DNA of 63,999 bases, the filler included, from Pelomyxa schiedti (Eukaryota; Protista; Evosea): NCBI GenBank assembly GCA_020536535.1. It is 14 parts of 14 records of this genome, joined end to end, with 100 filler letters (N's around TTAATTAATTAA, not from the genome) between each part and the next. Parts side by side here need not be neighbours in the genome. Positions count along the whole stretch, not along the records: positions 34,238 to 38,822 come from JAHLWZ010001579.1; positions 38,923 to 42,645 come from JAHLWZ010001696.1; positions 42,746 to 47,250 come from JAHLWZ010001588.1; positions 47,351 to 53,773 come from JAHLWZ010001420.1; 10 more parts are not named here. The stretch is one strand, 5' to 3'. Positions 38,671 through 50,283 of this stretch are shown here, piece after piece (within the stretch, counting starts at the first letter, position 1; each line of letters opens with the position of its first letter). The translations under genes were made by a program, and so were the position numbers. The notes under the pieces were generated by a model that worked only from the letters and a program-made list of their open reading frames with translations, was not told the origin of the DNA and did no database searches.

Positions 38671-38778
38671 TTTCCACACAAAAGTAAGAATATCCCATGC
38701 CCCAAAAATAACAACACTAAATCACCACTCACAACAAAAGTAGTACAATACATTTCCAATCAATATCACAGTGGAAAA

Positions 38779-38822
38779 CAAACGAAACAAACGAAACAAA
38801 CGAAACAAACGAAACAAACGAA
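38779..38822. repeat. (AAACGAAAC)n minisatellite at contig end
   Basis: Direct reading. Confidence 0.9.
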
Positions 38823-38922
38823 NNNNNNNNNNNNNNNNNNNNNNNNNNNNNNNNNNNNNNNNNNNNTTAATTAATTAANNNNNNNNNNNNNNNNNNNNNN
38901 NNNNNNNNNNNNNNNNNNNNNN

Positions 38923-39297
38923 GACCTCTCCAACACGTATGTTCTGACCCACTGAAACACATGCTGTGATAAATAAAAGTAACGATGATGAAATATCAGG
39001 TTCCGGCCTTGGACTGCATGTCACGAATGGGCACAGCGGCTGCGACGGGAATTCTCTGAGCAAGCTGCGCAAGAACGATCGCTGGGGCTGCCGGTGTTCA
39101 AACTCGGTGATGGGACAATGCCTCTGGAGAAGCTTCAGACTTCGTTTTACCCCATGTTCGTGCTGCCAATGCTCTCCACGCTCAGTTGTGCATTCGAGGA
39201 GGTCTCCGCCATTCGAGATGTCGCACTCGCGAATTACCAGCGTTGGGCCTCCTTGGCATCCGACAGTGAAGCCGAGCAACCACACACCAACCTGTAG
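38923..39297 (+). CDS. Class I cyclic-nucleotide phosphodiesterase, C-terminal fragment
   Basis: DLSNT|FRPWTACHEWAQRLRREFSEQAAQERSLGLPV...KLQTSFYPMFVLP...NYQRW follows the PDEase_I consensus (DxSN..RP, EF..Q...E...GLP, invariant Q..F). Confidence 0.88.
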
Positions 39298-39450
39298 ATA
39301 GACCCACACCAACACCACCCACCACCCAATGTGACTGACACAGAGCAAAGGGGTAATTCTAAGTCAATTCCCCCCAACAAGCCAATAAATAGATTGATTA
39401 TTTTCATCTCCTCGTTGATTCGGATTCGTTCGTCCAACAACGATTTGGGG

Positions 39451-41185
39451 ATGCACCACGGTGTGAGTGTCGACACGGCTGTTTGGGCTGCGCTGCGGGG
39501 GGGCAGCGACAGCAGGGGGGCCGCAGCCACCCCTGGGGGGCCGTCGCGGGGCGGCGTTGCGCCCACGCAGGGGGCGCGCTGCGGCCTGGTCTGCGGGGTG
39601 GTCCTGGGGGACGGCGCCAGCAGCGGCGGGGGCGGGGCGGGGTGGCGGTACCTGGCCGTGGCCGCCTTCGAGACTCCTCCGCGTGGGGGCCAGGAGGAGG
39701 AGGAGGACGAGAGGAGGGGAGGAGCGCCGCGCAAGGGGCATGGCGCGGGGGCGGGGACAGGAGCGGAGGAGGAGGAGGGCGAGGGCGAGGCCATGGGGCA
39801 GTGGTGCTCGGCCCATGCGCAGCAGGTTTGCAGTTGCTTTCTTTTGAACCTTATTTTTTGGGTTGTTTGGGTGGGTGTGGAATTCTTCAAAAACTTAACT
39901 GGGGTGGTGGTGGTAACAGGTGGCACAAATGTTACCTGGAGGGATGGCAATTATAGGAATGTTCTTCATTGGTGCACCACAACCCTCTTTGGTTCCCCTA
40001 GTTTTGGCTTGTGTGCATTCCATCCCTCATTTATCGGTTTGAAAGCTGTGTTAGTTACCTAGAACACAACCACAACTCTAGGCAATGGAGATCGGAGAAC
40101 ACCTGTCGGTTCTAAGCTCCCAGCTGTTATTTTGCACAAGCCTACGGATTCCTCTGATTTGAAGTGCATGTTGGTTCATATTGAGTCAAAAAAAGCAATT
40201 CCTGTTGAAGGGGAGACAGTTTGTAATGAAGAGTCACTAAGTCATGAATTTCATATGGTAGAGTGTTGCCTACCGCTTCACTGTAGCATTCCTCTGGAGT
40301 CTGCTAACTTGGTGACTATTCATAAATACTCTTCCTCTTTTCTCACCTGAACCACTGCTAAGGTGGGCGTAGACAAGCTGCGAAACCGCTTCCATGAAAT
40401 ATCCCAGCACTTCACTGATAATATGGACATGGACGCGGATGTATTGGTAGATGGCCATCTTGTCCCACTCTCCACGCCATTGTCCTCGCTTCCCACCCAG
40501 CACACACACCACAAGCACTTCCTCACACTCTTAGCCCCGCCCGAATCTACTGAAACAGCTCCTGAGAAGGTAGACCACCTAAAGTCTGCTTCCGCAGTAT
40601 TGAAATTCAAGGGGGCCATACGCCTTGTTGCCTACATTTCAAGTGGGGCAACACTTATGGATGGTGTCAGTGCCCTAGCAGAAGACCTCAGAAACACATT
40701 GAGCACCCGAATTTCAATACTCAGTGACACACCAGTGTCCCCAGCTTCCCTGGAACAACAAGTACTTCCCTTTTTCTCTTCCACAAATACTGATTTCCGC
40801 TCACCCTCGCTAGAATGCAAGTAATATCACGATTCCATGGAGGGTTATAATAAACCTGTGGCACTCTGGAGCCCCGTGCATGCCCCTCACTGTTGGCTAT
40901 CACGCCCTGCCAAACGAAACCATTGAGGACGTTGTGGAAGTCTGTGAGACCCTTCTGAGAACATCACCACCACAGACTCTACTGGAATTCAGTGAGCACC
41001 CAGGCCAGTTGATGCCGCTGAGGCCAACAACACCCACTGACAATACAAAGAGTACCCCACAACAAGGGGAAAAACCCACCACGAACAACAGAGTGCTGGT
41101 GTGGGTGATTGCTGCTATAGCTGCTCTTGTTCTGGCTTTGCTGGCCTCTCTTGGTTTCCACTACACCCAAGCAAGGGCCTTCTGA
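39451..41185 (+). CDS. ODR4: ODR-4 homolog (ER GPCR-maturation factor), multi-exon, C-terminal TM
   Basis: WCSAHAQQ|VAQMLPGGMAIIGMF, GAIRLVAY...ALAEDLRNTLSTRISIL, IPWRV, and a tail anchor VLVWVIAAIAALVLALLASLGF. Confidence 0.85.
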
Positions 41186-41882
41186 AGCAACAGCATCTGT
41201 TATCTCTTTTTTTTCATTTTAGAACTGCCAAAGCAACTAGTGCACCAAGTGCCCCCTCGCGGAGCCTCGGTACTTCTTCTAGGCGGGCTGCAGCTGCTGG
41301 GCTTGGGTGGCGACGCGGTGCCGGCCTTGGGGCTGGGGCTGGGGCTCTGACGGGGGAGACGGCGAGGCAGGGGAGGTACCGCTTCTGCATCGGGGCAGGG
41401 TGGAGGTGGAGGAACCAAGGTACCTTTTCGCTTATCACGTGCACCTGCCCCTTCTCCTTCTCCTTCTCGTGCTGTGGTGGCAACCAGTTTGCCGCTCCCC
41501 ACTGCCACTGTTCCTCTGGCTTCCCCTTCCTTTTCGTTCCCGCCGCCCGCCGCCACTTTCGTCCGGCTTCTGCCCTTGTCGCGCGACTTTTGCCCCTACT
41601 TTGCTGGCCTGCGGCGCCCTCCCCTTTGCCGCGTCTCTTCCGGCCGCTTTTGTTCCCCTGCCGCCGGGAGAAAAAAAACCAAAATAAATCATCGTCTCCA
41701 GAAACAGGACAAAAAAAGGTACCATAGACCTGAGATGTCTGTAACTATGTAATAAGGGGAAAAAGGCAAAGCTGAACAGGACATGGATCTTTTTTGGACC
41801 ACTAGTGGGCACCTTCTGTTTCCGTGTATATCAAACTGTGATTTACAGTGATGGCAAAAACCAGAAGATGTGTTGAATTGAT

Positions 41883-41970
41883 GCCAATAAAGGTCAAGAG
41901 TCATTGAGACACTGATTGACTGCCAAAGTTGTGGTCTTACATCATTTCAATGCAATGTTCGTTGGAACCC
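41883..41970 (+). repeat. Dispersed ~100-bp repeat, copy 3 (opposite orientation)
   Basis: Reverse-complement match to 15864-15967 and 25023-25128. Confidence 0.8.
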
Positions 41971-42745
41971 TTAACTGGGGAGCTTGCCCCGTAGTGTATT
42001 CCACCGATCAGTACAAAAGACTGTGTTTTTCTTGTGGGACATACTTGTGGGACATTTTTTTGGTACTTGTCTGACTTTCCACAGCTGCTGGGAGAGAGAC
42101 TTAGATCGCGGGAAGAGATTCACCAAAGCTGCTTGACACCGGCTGCGTCGCTATTACCAGCGTCGTGTAGCATAGTGTCAACCTTCACCCTTAAGGAAAT
42201 CTAAATGGCTGTCGTGATATCAAAATCAAGCCCACACGCCGCGATCGTCACAGCCAGCGACAATGTTACTATTCATGGTCCACACAACTTTCACACATTG
42301 GCACAGGCATTCCTTGAGACGTGTCGGCAGGCAATTCCGGTTTGATCCTATGAACTTGTTGCAAGAAGGTGCTGGTTACAAAGAGGTGGAGGAGTTGTGA
42401 TTTGTCCCACAGTTATGCCCTTTCTCTGTGGAAGTTATACCACAAGGAAGGAAAAGACACTGCGGCCGAAAAATTACATAGGTCCTTCTCACAGCACTTG
42501 AAACAAAGTAAGTAACACTAACGGCCCCAACACTGCCATTTTTTTCACTCTTGCAGTTCGAAGAACTTTAGGGTGTGCACTTTTCTACAGCACTACTGTG
42601 GGAAAGTTCTAGGGGGACCAAAGGCGTTATCGTACTTGGCCTCTGNNNNNNNNNNNNNNNNNNNNNNNNNNNNNNNNNNNNNNNNNNNNTTAATTAATTA
42701 ANNNNNNNNNNNNNNNNNNNNNNNNNNNNNNNNNNNNNNNNNNNN

Positions 42746-42897
42746 TCACGTTCCAGACCATCCTCGACCGTGGCTTGGTTGTGGGACCAGTGGCACCATC
42801 ACCAGCCACGTCAGTCAAGTGCAGGGCCGTGATTGATGAGGAGACAGGACTCGCACTCTGCCGTTTCCCAGTTCAGACAAAACTCTCCTTCCTCTGA
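42746..42897 (+). CDS. 3' end of a probable lineage-expanded family gene
   Basis: ...LDRGLVV...VIDEETGLALCRFPVQTKLSFL* resembles the family C-terminus. Confidence 0.45.
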
Positions 42898-43106
42898 ACG
42901 CAAACCTAAAACCTTCTTTGGTTTTTTATTTTGGAGGACCCCACCGAAGACGTGGCTGCGGGAGCGTGAACCCTGAGCAATGTTGTGGGATGCCCCAGAG
43001 TGGAACCTGATTGAACGCCATCATCACAAGTACTTGGGTCAATAAACAAGTACTTAAATGAAATAACAACCCTACAATCAAAATTACTTCCGTTCAAGGA
43101 AAACCG

Positions 43107-46100
43107 ATGAATTGCGTCGACGAGGCTCTGCCCCCGCCGCGGTGTTTCGTGGTTGGTCCCACGTCGTGTGTGGACTCCCTGTTTTTATCGCTGGTTAGCT
43201 CCGGATCTGCCGTCCATGTCATCGACCAACAAACAACAGCGGACTCCCCTCATCGTCCCATAATCACCGTCACTCGACCGAGGGGAGCACACGGCACACG
43301 GCACCAGAACGCAAAATCCACACCGCCTCTCGTTTTACCTTCATCATCGTCATCTTCATCATCATCATCTTCCACCCTTTCATCACAAGAGTTAGACAAC
43401 CACAAGGGTGTTGTGGTCGCCCATAAGTGCGACAATGTTGTGGTTGTTAACAACGACACAAGGATTGCAGTGCACGAGTGTGACAAGTTGCAACTGTTAG
43501 AACCCACAATTGTTGGTGACGAGGAAGGAAGCTCTGGCTCATCAGCGCCATTGCATAAAAAGGTGTGCAGTTTCTGGCGTTATAACAGGGATGATGGAAC
43601 AACCACAAGTGTTGGACATGAAATCCACAGTGTGTATGTCATTTTTTTCCCCCCATCATTCTGTGGCTTGCACACCAATCTAAAATACATAACAAGACTT
43701 GGCAAGATTGTGCTGCTCTTTTTGTACTGTGCTGAGCACCAGGACTCCTACATGTCACTCAGCTTTATACTTCAGAGATTAATTAACACAGTCAAGCCGC
43801 TTAGTTTGACGTTGTTTCTGGTTGACTTCAGTGGGCCAAGGGACACCCTGGCGACGGAGATACTTCACACCCTGTTCTCAATTCACATGGCTTTTTGTGT
43901 GTGTGATGTGATCTCAGTCTTATTTTTTTCTGTATTGTAGTGACTCACATGTGACATGGCAGTTTTATGCTTACAAAATGCTGAAGTGGACAGAACAACT
44001 GGGCGCTTTGGACACACTTCTATCACTCATATCAGATGCCCCAGATGATCCCCCGTCATCGTACCTGGAGTTGGCAGGTGTGCCTAATTTCAGATACTTC
44101 TTGCCATTGAAATCTGAGCTGGTTCCACTGCCTGTGATACCCACCATCCTTGACATCACATGTGCCGATGTCACAACAGCCCACATGATCATGCAGCTCG
44201 TGCACGATTACAGGTCACAGTTCCCATTCTTCACAGCGTCAATGGCACTCAGGGCATGGTTTGCAGCAAAGAACGAGGCTGCTGTCAATGTTGTGTGCCT
44301 TGCTCGGTCTCTCACCGAATCTGAGAACATAAACCTTTCTCACTTGAAGTTCGAATCGGTCCCTGAATCATTGAGGAGATTGACGTGCAGGACACTTAAC
44401 CTCTCCAACAACAACATCCAGAAGATTCCCAAGTGGTTGGCTGAAATGCCAAATGTCCGCTTGGGGGTCTGTCACCCCCACATAATTGGAGACGAACAAA
44501 ATGCAACCACCAACCTCAGACAACACCGTGTGCATACCGACACACACAAACTCGTGATTGTTGGAGACACAGGTGTTGGGAAGACAACACTGTTGAGGTG
44601 CATGATGGAGAATAAGAGAAAGCTGAAAACCAAGCATGTTCACACAGGAATTGATGTGCACCACGATGTGAGGTTCAAAGACAGCACTGCCACCACATGG
44701 ACGGTTTGGGACCTTGGTGCGTGATTGCTTTTGCCCATTACTCACACTCAAACAGGAGGGGATTCACTGTCACCGTTTCACCAATGGTTCCTCCTCAGCA
44801 GGTCAGTCTTTCTCCTTGTTTTTGATGTTTCCAAGGCACTGATGATGGAGGAACCTCACATGGCAGTTTACCGATGGTTGAATGAAATCTCAGTTGCAAG
44901 GAGCAGGGGGGACAAAGTCAGGAGGACCATCGTCCCTGTTGGAACCCACATCGAGGGAATTGATCCTGATCATCCCAAGCTGGCAGAGCTCATTACCCGC
45001 ATTTTCATGTTTGAAGATGTTGGCTTTGTCTTTCTGCTGGATCTCAACACAGGCAAGTCCTACAGCTGTTCTAAGTACCAGGTGTGGTTAGACAATAACC
45101 ACAGCAAAGGCCTCCCTTTCACTTTTATCCTTGATGATGGAACTCCCAACTCTGTTCCAGAAGCTTGGATGATTCTGAATAAGAAAATCATTCGAAAGGT
45201 GCACAAAGAGAAACTCACTGCCCTCACTTGGGCCCAGTTCATTCAGGAGGCCAAGACCTGTGGAACAACACAACAACTGGAAATTGAGCAATGTGCAAAT
45301 TTCTTGGCTGACATTGGAACAATCATTCACTTCAGGTACCAATCATGGTTGGGAATGGAGCTCCATGACTTGGTCATTGTGGATCCTCGTTCCTTCCTGC
45401 TCAGTCTGAGTGATCAAATCAAAATCATCAGGTTCCCTGAACGGGGGAATACAAGAATTCTGCAAGAGAGTCCCCCTCCCTTAGGTTTGGGTCTGAGAGC
45501 CATCCTGCATCATGAGTTTATAAACCTTGATTCCATCCTTTCAGGTGCCCCTCCTTTTGAAAATGGATATCTTTCCTTTCTCCCCATGCCTTGTAATACT
45601 CGTTCCAGTGCTCTCGACCACTTTAAGGCGAACAGTTCCCTCACAGCTGTATTGAGTGGGAGATCCATCAGGTTCCCACTGTTTCCGCAGGAACTGTTCT
45701 TCAAGGCCATTCTGAGATTCGATTGCTGTCTTGACGGATGGAAGACACAGTTTTGGAAAAGAGATGAAACTTTCCTTTCACACTCTTGTGCACACAGTGG
45801 AAGCTCCAAGAAAAGTGCTTTTTTGTTCATTTCCTGTCAGAATGGCACAGTTACCATTTACATGCGATCTGAGTGCGTTGATGAGCACTGTTGGCCCACT
45901 ACAAAACGGGCATACCTCTGGACAAGAGTGATGGACATCTTGCACAGCCTTGATCAGTCAATTTACAATCAATTTGAGGAAAAAAGTGAGCCACTGTTCC
46001 CTGCGGTTGTTGAACTCTTTGCGTGCCCTCATTGCCTGCAGGGATGGTGGTTCCATTCTAACCAACAACCTGCATTGCCACCCTTGTTTTGGTTCCAGAA

Positions 46101-47214
46101 AAATGCCATCCTCGAAGCTGTGAAAAATTCAGTACCCCTTTTGACATGTGGAAAGGGATATTGCAAAGTGGGTGTTGCAGAAGTTGCTCCTGACATTGTG
46201 GAACTTCACAAAGAAGCATGTGACTTTGTATCAGAGGCAGTGGCGATTATTGTGATGGAATCCATCAAAATCAACTGCACTTTGGGTGAGCTTCTGACTT
46301 TGCTCATTGAAAAAGGAAATGGCACCACATCTGTGTTGGAGAAAGTTCTCCCAATCAGTTTGAGGTTGAAGATGCTCCACGATGTGGCAAAGGGCTTGCA
46401 GTGCTTTCACCAACACAGCATTGTCCATGGCAGAATATCCACAGGTATGTTGTTGTTTTCTTTCTTTCCCTCCCACAATACAACAACAGAAAGTATAATT
46501 GTGCTGTCACTGGACGATTCTGGGGCCGGTCCATGGGCCAAGGTCTGTTGCGGGAATCCTTTGGCTGTTCTCTCCTCACGAATTCTTTCAGATCAAGTAC
46601 CAGGGATGGCCAGTGTCATTCCCAACACCACTGGAGGATGATGTAACTTTATTGCCTCCAGAGGTTCTCTGCAATCCCACCTTGCAGACTTCTTCTTCTT
46701 CTGATGTTTGGAGCTTTGGTGAGACCCCTTTACAATTTGTTGTTATGTCAAGTCTCACATCGTTGCCGTTTCAGGAATCACTGCCTCCCTTCTTTTGGAC
46801 CCACTGAAAAAACCATACTCACACATCATGTCAATCAACTACAGCACCAACAACAAATACCTATGCACTGACTATGACAGAAACAAATCCCCAAACAGCA
46901 ACAATCACAACGCCCACCATCTCCACCCTTACACCACTGCCATTGGCCTGGACCTCCTCAGAGGGTCAATCACTCCAGTTCCTCCCCCATCTTCATTAAG
47001 AGGCTCACACACTTCTGGTGGTGGTGTTGATGTGACTGGGGTGCACCATAGTAAACACAAGAACAGTCAGCAACAACAACAACAAAAGATGTGTCGACTG
47101 GGACATGAGATAGTGAGGCAGTGCCTCATGGAACCATCCTGCCCCAAATCAATAGACACCATCCTCAAAGTGTGGGATTATTTCCTGCCAGAATCACGAC
47201 CACATACTTCGTAA
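43107..47214 (+). CDS. Roco protein: LRR-ROC-COR with a degenerate kinase domain
   Basis: LNLSNNNIQKIP LRRs, KLVIVGDTGVGKTTLL, WDLG|G, HQWFLLSRSVFLLVFD, VGTH, COR motif FLADIGTIIHF...VIVDP, CPHC, kinase remnants HGRIST, PPEV, SDVWSFG. Confidence 0.9.
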
Positions 47215-47350
47215 AAGAAAAACCGATTTCTCCAAACTTTTTTCCCCATGNNNNNNNNNNNNNNNNNNNNNNNNNNNNNNNNNNNNNNNNNNNNTTAATT
47301 AATTAANNNNNNNNNNNNNNNNNNNNNNNNNNNNNNNNNNNNNNNNNNNN

Positions 47351-47470
47351 TACGGTGTCTTACCGTCGAACTACGTGGTCTTTACGGAACTGCGCTGTGT
47401 TTCAACGACCGCACCAAACCTAGAGGGGCCCCTGGACACAACCGAGGAATATCGTCAGATGGTTGTGTAG
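47351..47470 (+). CDS. 3' end of an SH3-domain protein
   Basis: YGVLPSNYV (SH3 GxxPxNYV motif) at the contig start, stop at 47468-47470. Confidence 0.65.
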   Translation, partial: YGVLPSNYVVFTELRCVSTTAPNLEGPLDTTEEYRQMVV

Positions 47471-47788
47471 AAAATTAATCGTTGTGAGTGTTCCTGTGGC
47501 TGGGTTGTGAGGATTGTCAGTATTTGCGAAGTTATTTCCACTCCAATCTCCTCCCGCGGGAAGATGAAAAAAATTCCAAAAATAAAACTATTTTTAGTTT
47601 GTGTCATTCCCGAGCCGATCGATTGAGTTTTGTCTCATTTCGCTCGGAGTTTTTTCTGAGAACCGATGACCGATGGGTCTGAGGGCCTTGTCATGCGCAC
47701 CGACGCCTGGAAAATGCGGGGAAACACTTTTTTAACCTGTTTAACACTCTGTGGGACCTCTGGTTGGAGTTTTTTTCCTCTATGTAAA

Positions 47789-48157
47789 ATGACCGCCCCT
47801 GGGCTCCAGATATGCACCACTGCAGCAGCCTCAGCCTCGCCCTCGCCCTTGCCCACAGCAGCAACAGCAGCAACTCTGGGGCTCCCGCCGCTTCCTAGGC
47901 TCTGCTACGCGGCGCTCCCAGCAGAAACGGGGCTGAGCCGCACGCAATCTCTGTTGATACGTCTTGTTGGTGAGGTAATGGACACTATTGCTAAGAAGGA
48001 AGGGGGCGACAAGCCAGTTGCACAAATTACCCAGTTCCAAGAGCACTGCTGTGCTTTTCAAGAAGAAATTGACAGGGTACTTGGAAAATACAAGGTTGCA
48101 GTGGCCAATTTTATGAAGCTCAAGCAATTACTCTCAACCACCCTCAGCAACACATAA
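47789..48157 (+). CDS. Small helical/coiled-coil hypothetical protein
   Basis: Single-exon ORF with an A-rich start context and an amphipathic C-terminal half. Confidence 0.55.
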   Translation: MTAPGLQICTTAAASASPSPLPTAATAATLGLPPLPRLCYAALPAETGLSRTQSLLIRLVGEVMDTIAKKEGGDKPVAQITQFQEHCCAFQEEIDRVLGKYKVAVANFMKLKQLLSTTLSNT

Positions 48158-49439
48158 GTACTCAAACAACAACCCAACAGCTCTTTCATTCTAAAATAAA
48201 AAAGTTCTTTTCCACAACCAGCTGGAACCGAGTGACTTGTGCAATCGAATGAGTGGCACTCTCTAACTTAAGTTGTTGGTGCTTGATGTGCACAAGATAC
48301 ACAACAAAAACACTATCAAGTGTCTCTTGCTATCTGGAACACCAGATAGCAGCGAAGTCAAGGTTTGCAAATGTGATGGGTGCAACAAAGAGGCCGGAAA
48401 ACGGCTCAACAAGGTTCATCTGTGTCAGTCACAAGGAAATTGAACCCACCACCTGCAATCTTTGACGTGGACTTCATCGCGAGTGCTCGTTCAACACTGA
48501 AAGCCGCATTTGGTTGTGCTCAACACTTCACTTGGTCGTTTCCACATCAAAAACGAGCAGTAGGTTGTGTGTCCGTCCTTGCTGTTCGTCATTCTCGGTC
48601 TCTTTGCGATTGGTGCATGCGGCTATTGTTGTGGTTACATCTTCGGCTTGTTTTTTTGTGCCCAATCACTTCTTACAATCCCCTCCCATAATCCTAGCTG
48701 GTGGATCGTCATCGTGGCACCGTGGTTGTCGCCGTAGTGAGGTGTCGTCCTCGGCGATTGGTGATTGATTGATCTGATCAACAGCAGGGAACAGGGCCCA
48801 ACAAACCACCAACCCCTCAGCGGTCGCCATACCCGTATGGGACACGGACTGATGGGTGTGGTGCAATGCCAGAGTGATGACCGCCACCAGTATTAAAGTG
48901 AGTCTGTTCACAGTGGTGATGGATGCCTATTATGCAGTCGGGTTGCCAAGCTTTAAAGTGAGTCTCAGGATACAGATGGGACAGTGCCATGCTGTCACAG
49001 ACAGAAAACTCCCCACATCCAATTGACACAAGCTTTAGCCCCATGGACACTCCGTGGACACTCTGTGGACCCACTTTGTTCTTTTTCTTTTCCTGGCACC
49101 CAGGCCAATGTGTGGTCATTGGGGCCCCACCGAGCAACAACTTCTGTGTCTACTCGTGTGTGTGTCAGTGTGTAACCCCAGACTCACTGTGAGTCGGGGG
49201 TGACAGACAGACAGAGAGACCCCTCGTGGGCACTTCCAACGTGTCCGAGTTGCGTAGGGTGGGCCCCCCCACACTCATTCTTTGTTTCTCAATCATTACA
49301 ACAATCCCCATGTTGTGTTGGTGTGGGTGTCAGAGGAAAAGAATAGTGGAATACTTCTTGAGGAATTTATTTGCCTTGAAGTACTTGATTCCGTGATTCA
49401 GAAGAAGTAGAAGACAGAAAACGACTCAGCTACGACACT

Positions 49440-50030
49440 CACTTGCAAATCTCCCTGATTTGAAATCCCTGGAATTAATAATACCAAGGAGTGAGTTAAA
49501 TGCAAGAAGAAGCTCGATGAATGTATATATAATATAAATTAATGAATGAGAGAAAGAAAGAAAACAAACATACTTAGAGTTCGTGGTCCCTGCACAAGAA
49601 GTGTATTGTACAAGGCCATCTTCAGAGTTTCCAGTTCAAACTTTCCATGAAATATAGTGGATGAAAGATCGGCAGCAGACATCTCTGTTGTTGTGTGTCA
49701 GCAAAAAAAAAAAAAAAAAAAAAGAGTAAATGGAGAGAGTCACACCTTTACCTTGGGTGAGTTGGTACTCGACTTCGAAATCTTGGTGTGATGTGACGCG
49801 CGGGCAACCTTCAGTGCTACACTCGAAGGAGAGCGTGCCAAAGCGCTTATCCTTCTCGTTAAGGGCATACAACTCTTCTTTGTGGTGCCTGAGGTCTACT
49901 TCCATCATTAGGGAGGCTGTGTCAACATTGAACTCTTTCTGGGTATTGTGCGTCGCGGTACTAAAGCCAGTCAGTACCTCAATAATCTCTTTAGCCACCG
50001 CGCAATCAATGGGGATATTCGCCTGCAGTT
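49440..50030 (-). CDS. Hypothetical protein, 3' exons (5' part lies in or beyond the gap)
   Basis: Coding-like exon 49745-50025 followed by introns and short exons. No family recognised. Confidence 0.5.
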
Positions 50031-50157
50031 TGACAAAACAAAATGAGTGTGGAAATTNNNNNNNNNNNNNNNNNNNNNNNNNNNNNNNNNNNNNNNNNNN
50101 NNNNNNNNNNNNNNNNNNNNNNNNNNNNNNNNNNNNNNNNNNNNNNNNNNNNNNNNN

Positions 50158-50283
50158 AAACTAAACTAAACTAAACTAAACTAAACTAAACTAAACTAAA
50201 CTAAACTAAACTAAACTAAACTAAACTAAACTAAACTAAACTAAACTAAACTAAACTAAACTAAACTAAACTAAACTAAACTA
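50158..50283. repeat. (AAACT)n microsatellite
   Basis: About 25 perfect units next to the scaffold gap. Confidence 0.97.

Noticed and set aside
50158-50283. (AAACT)n as a telomere
   Set aside because: It is internal to a scaffold, has no G-rich strand, and grades into AAATT repeats. It is an ordinary microsatellite that caused the gap.
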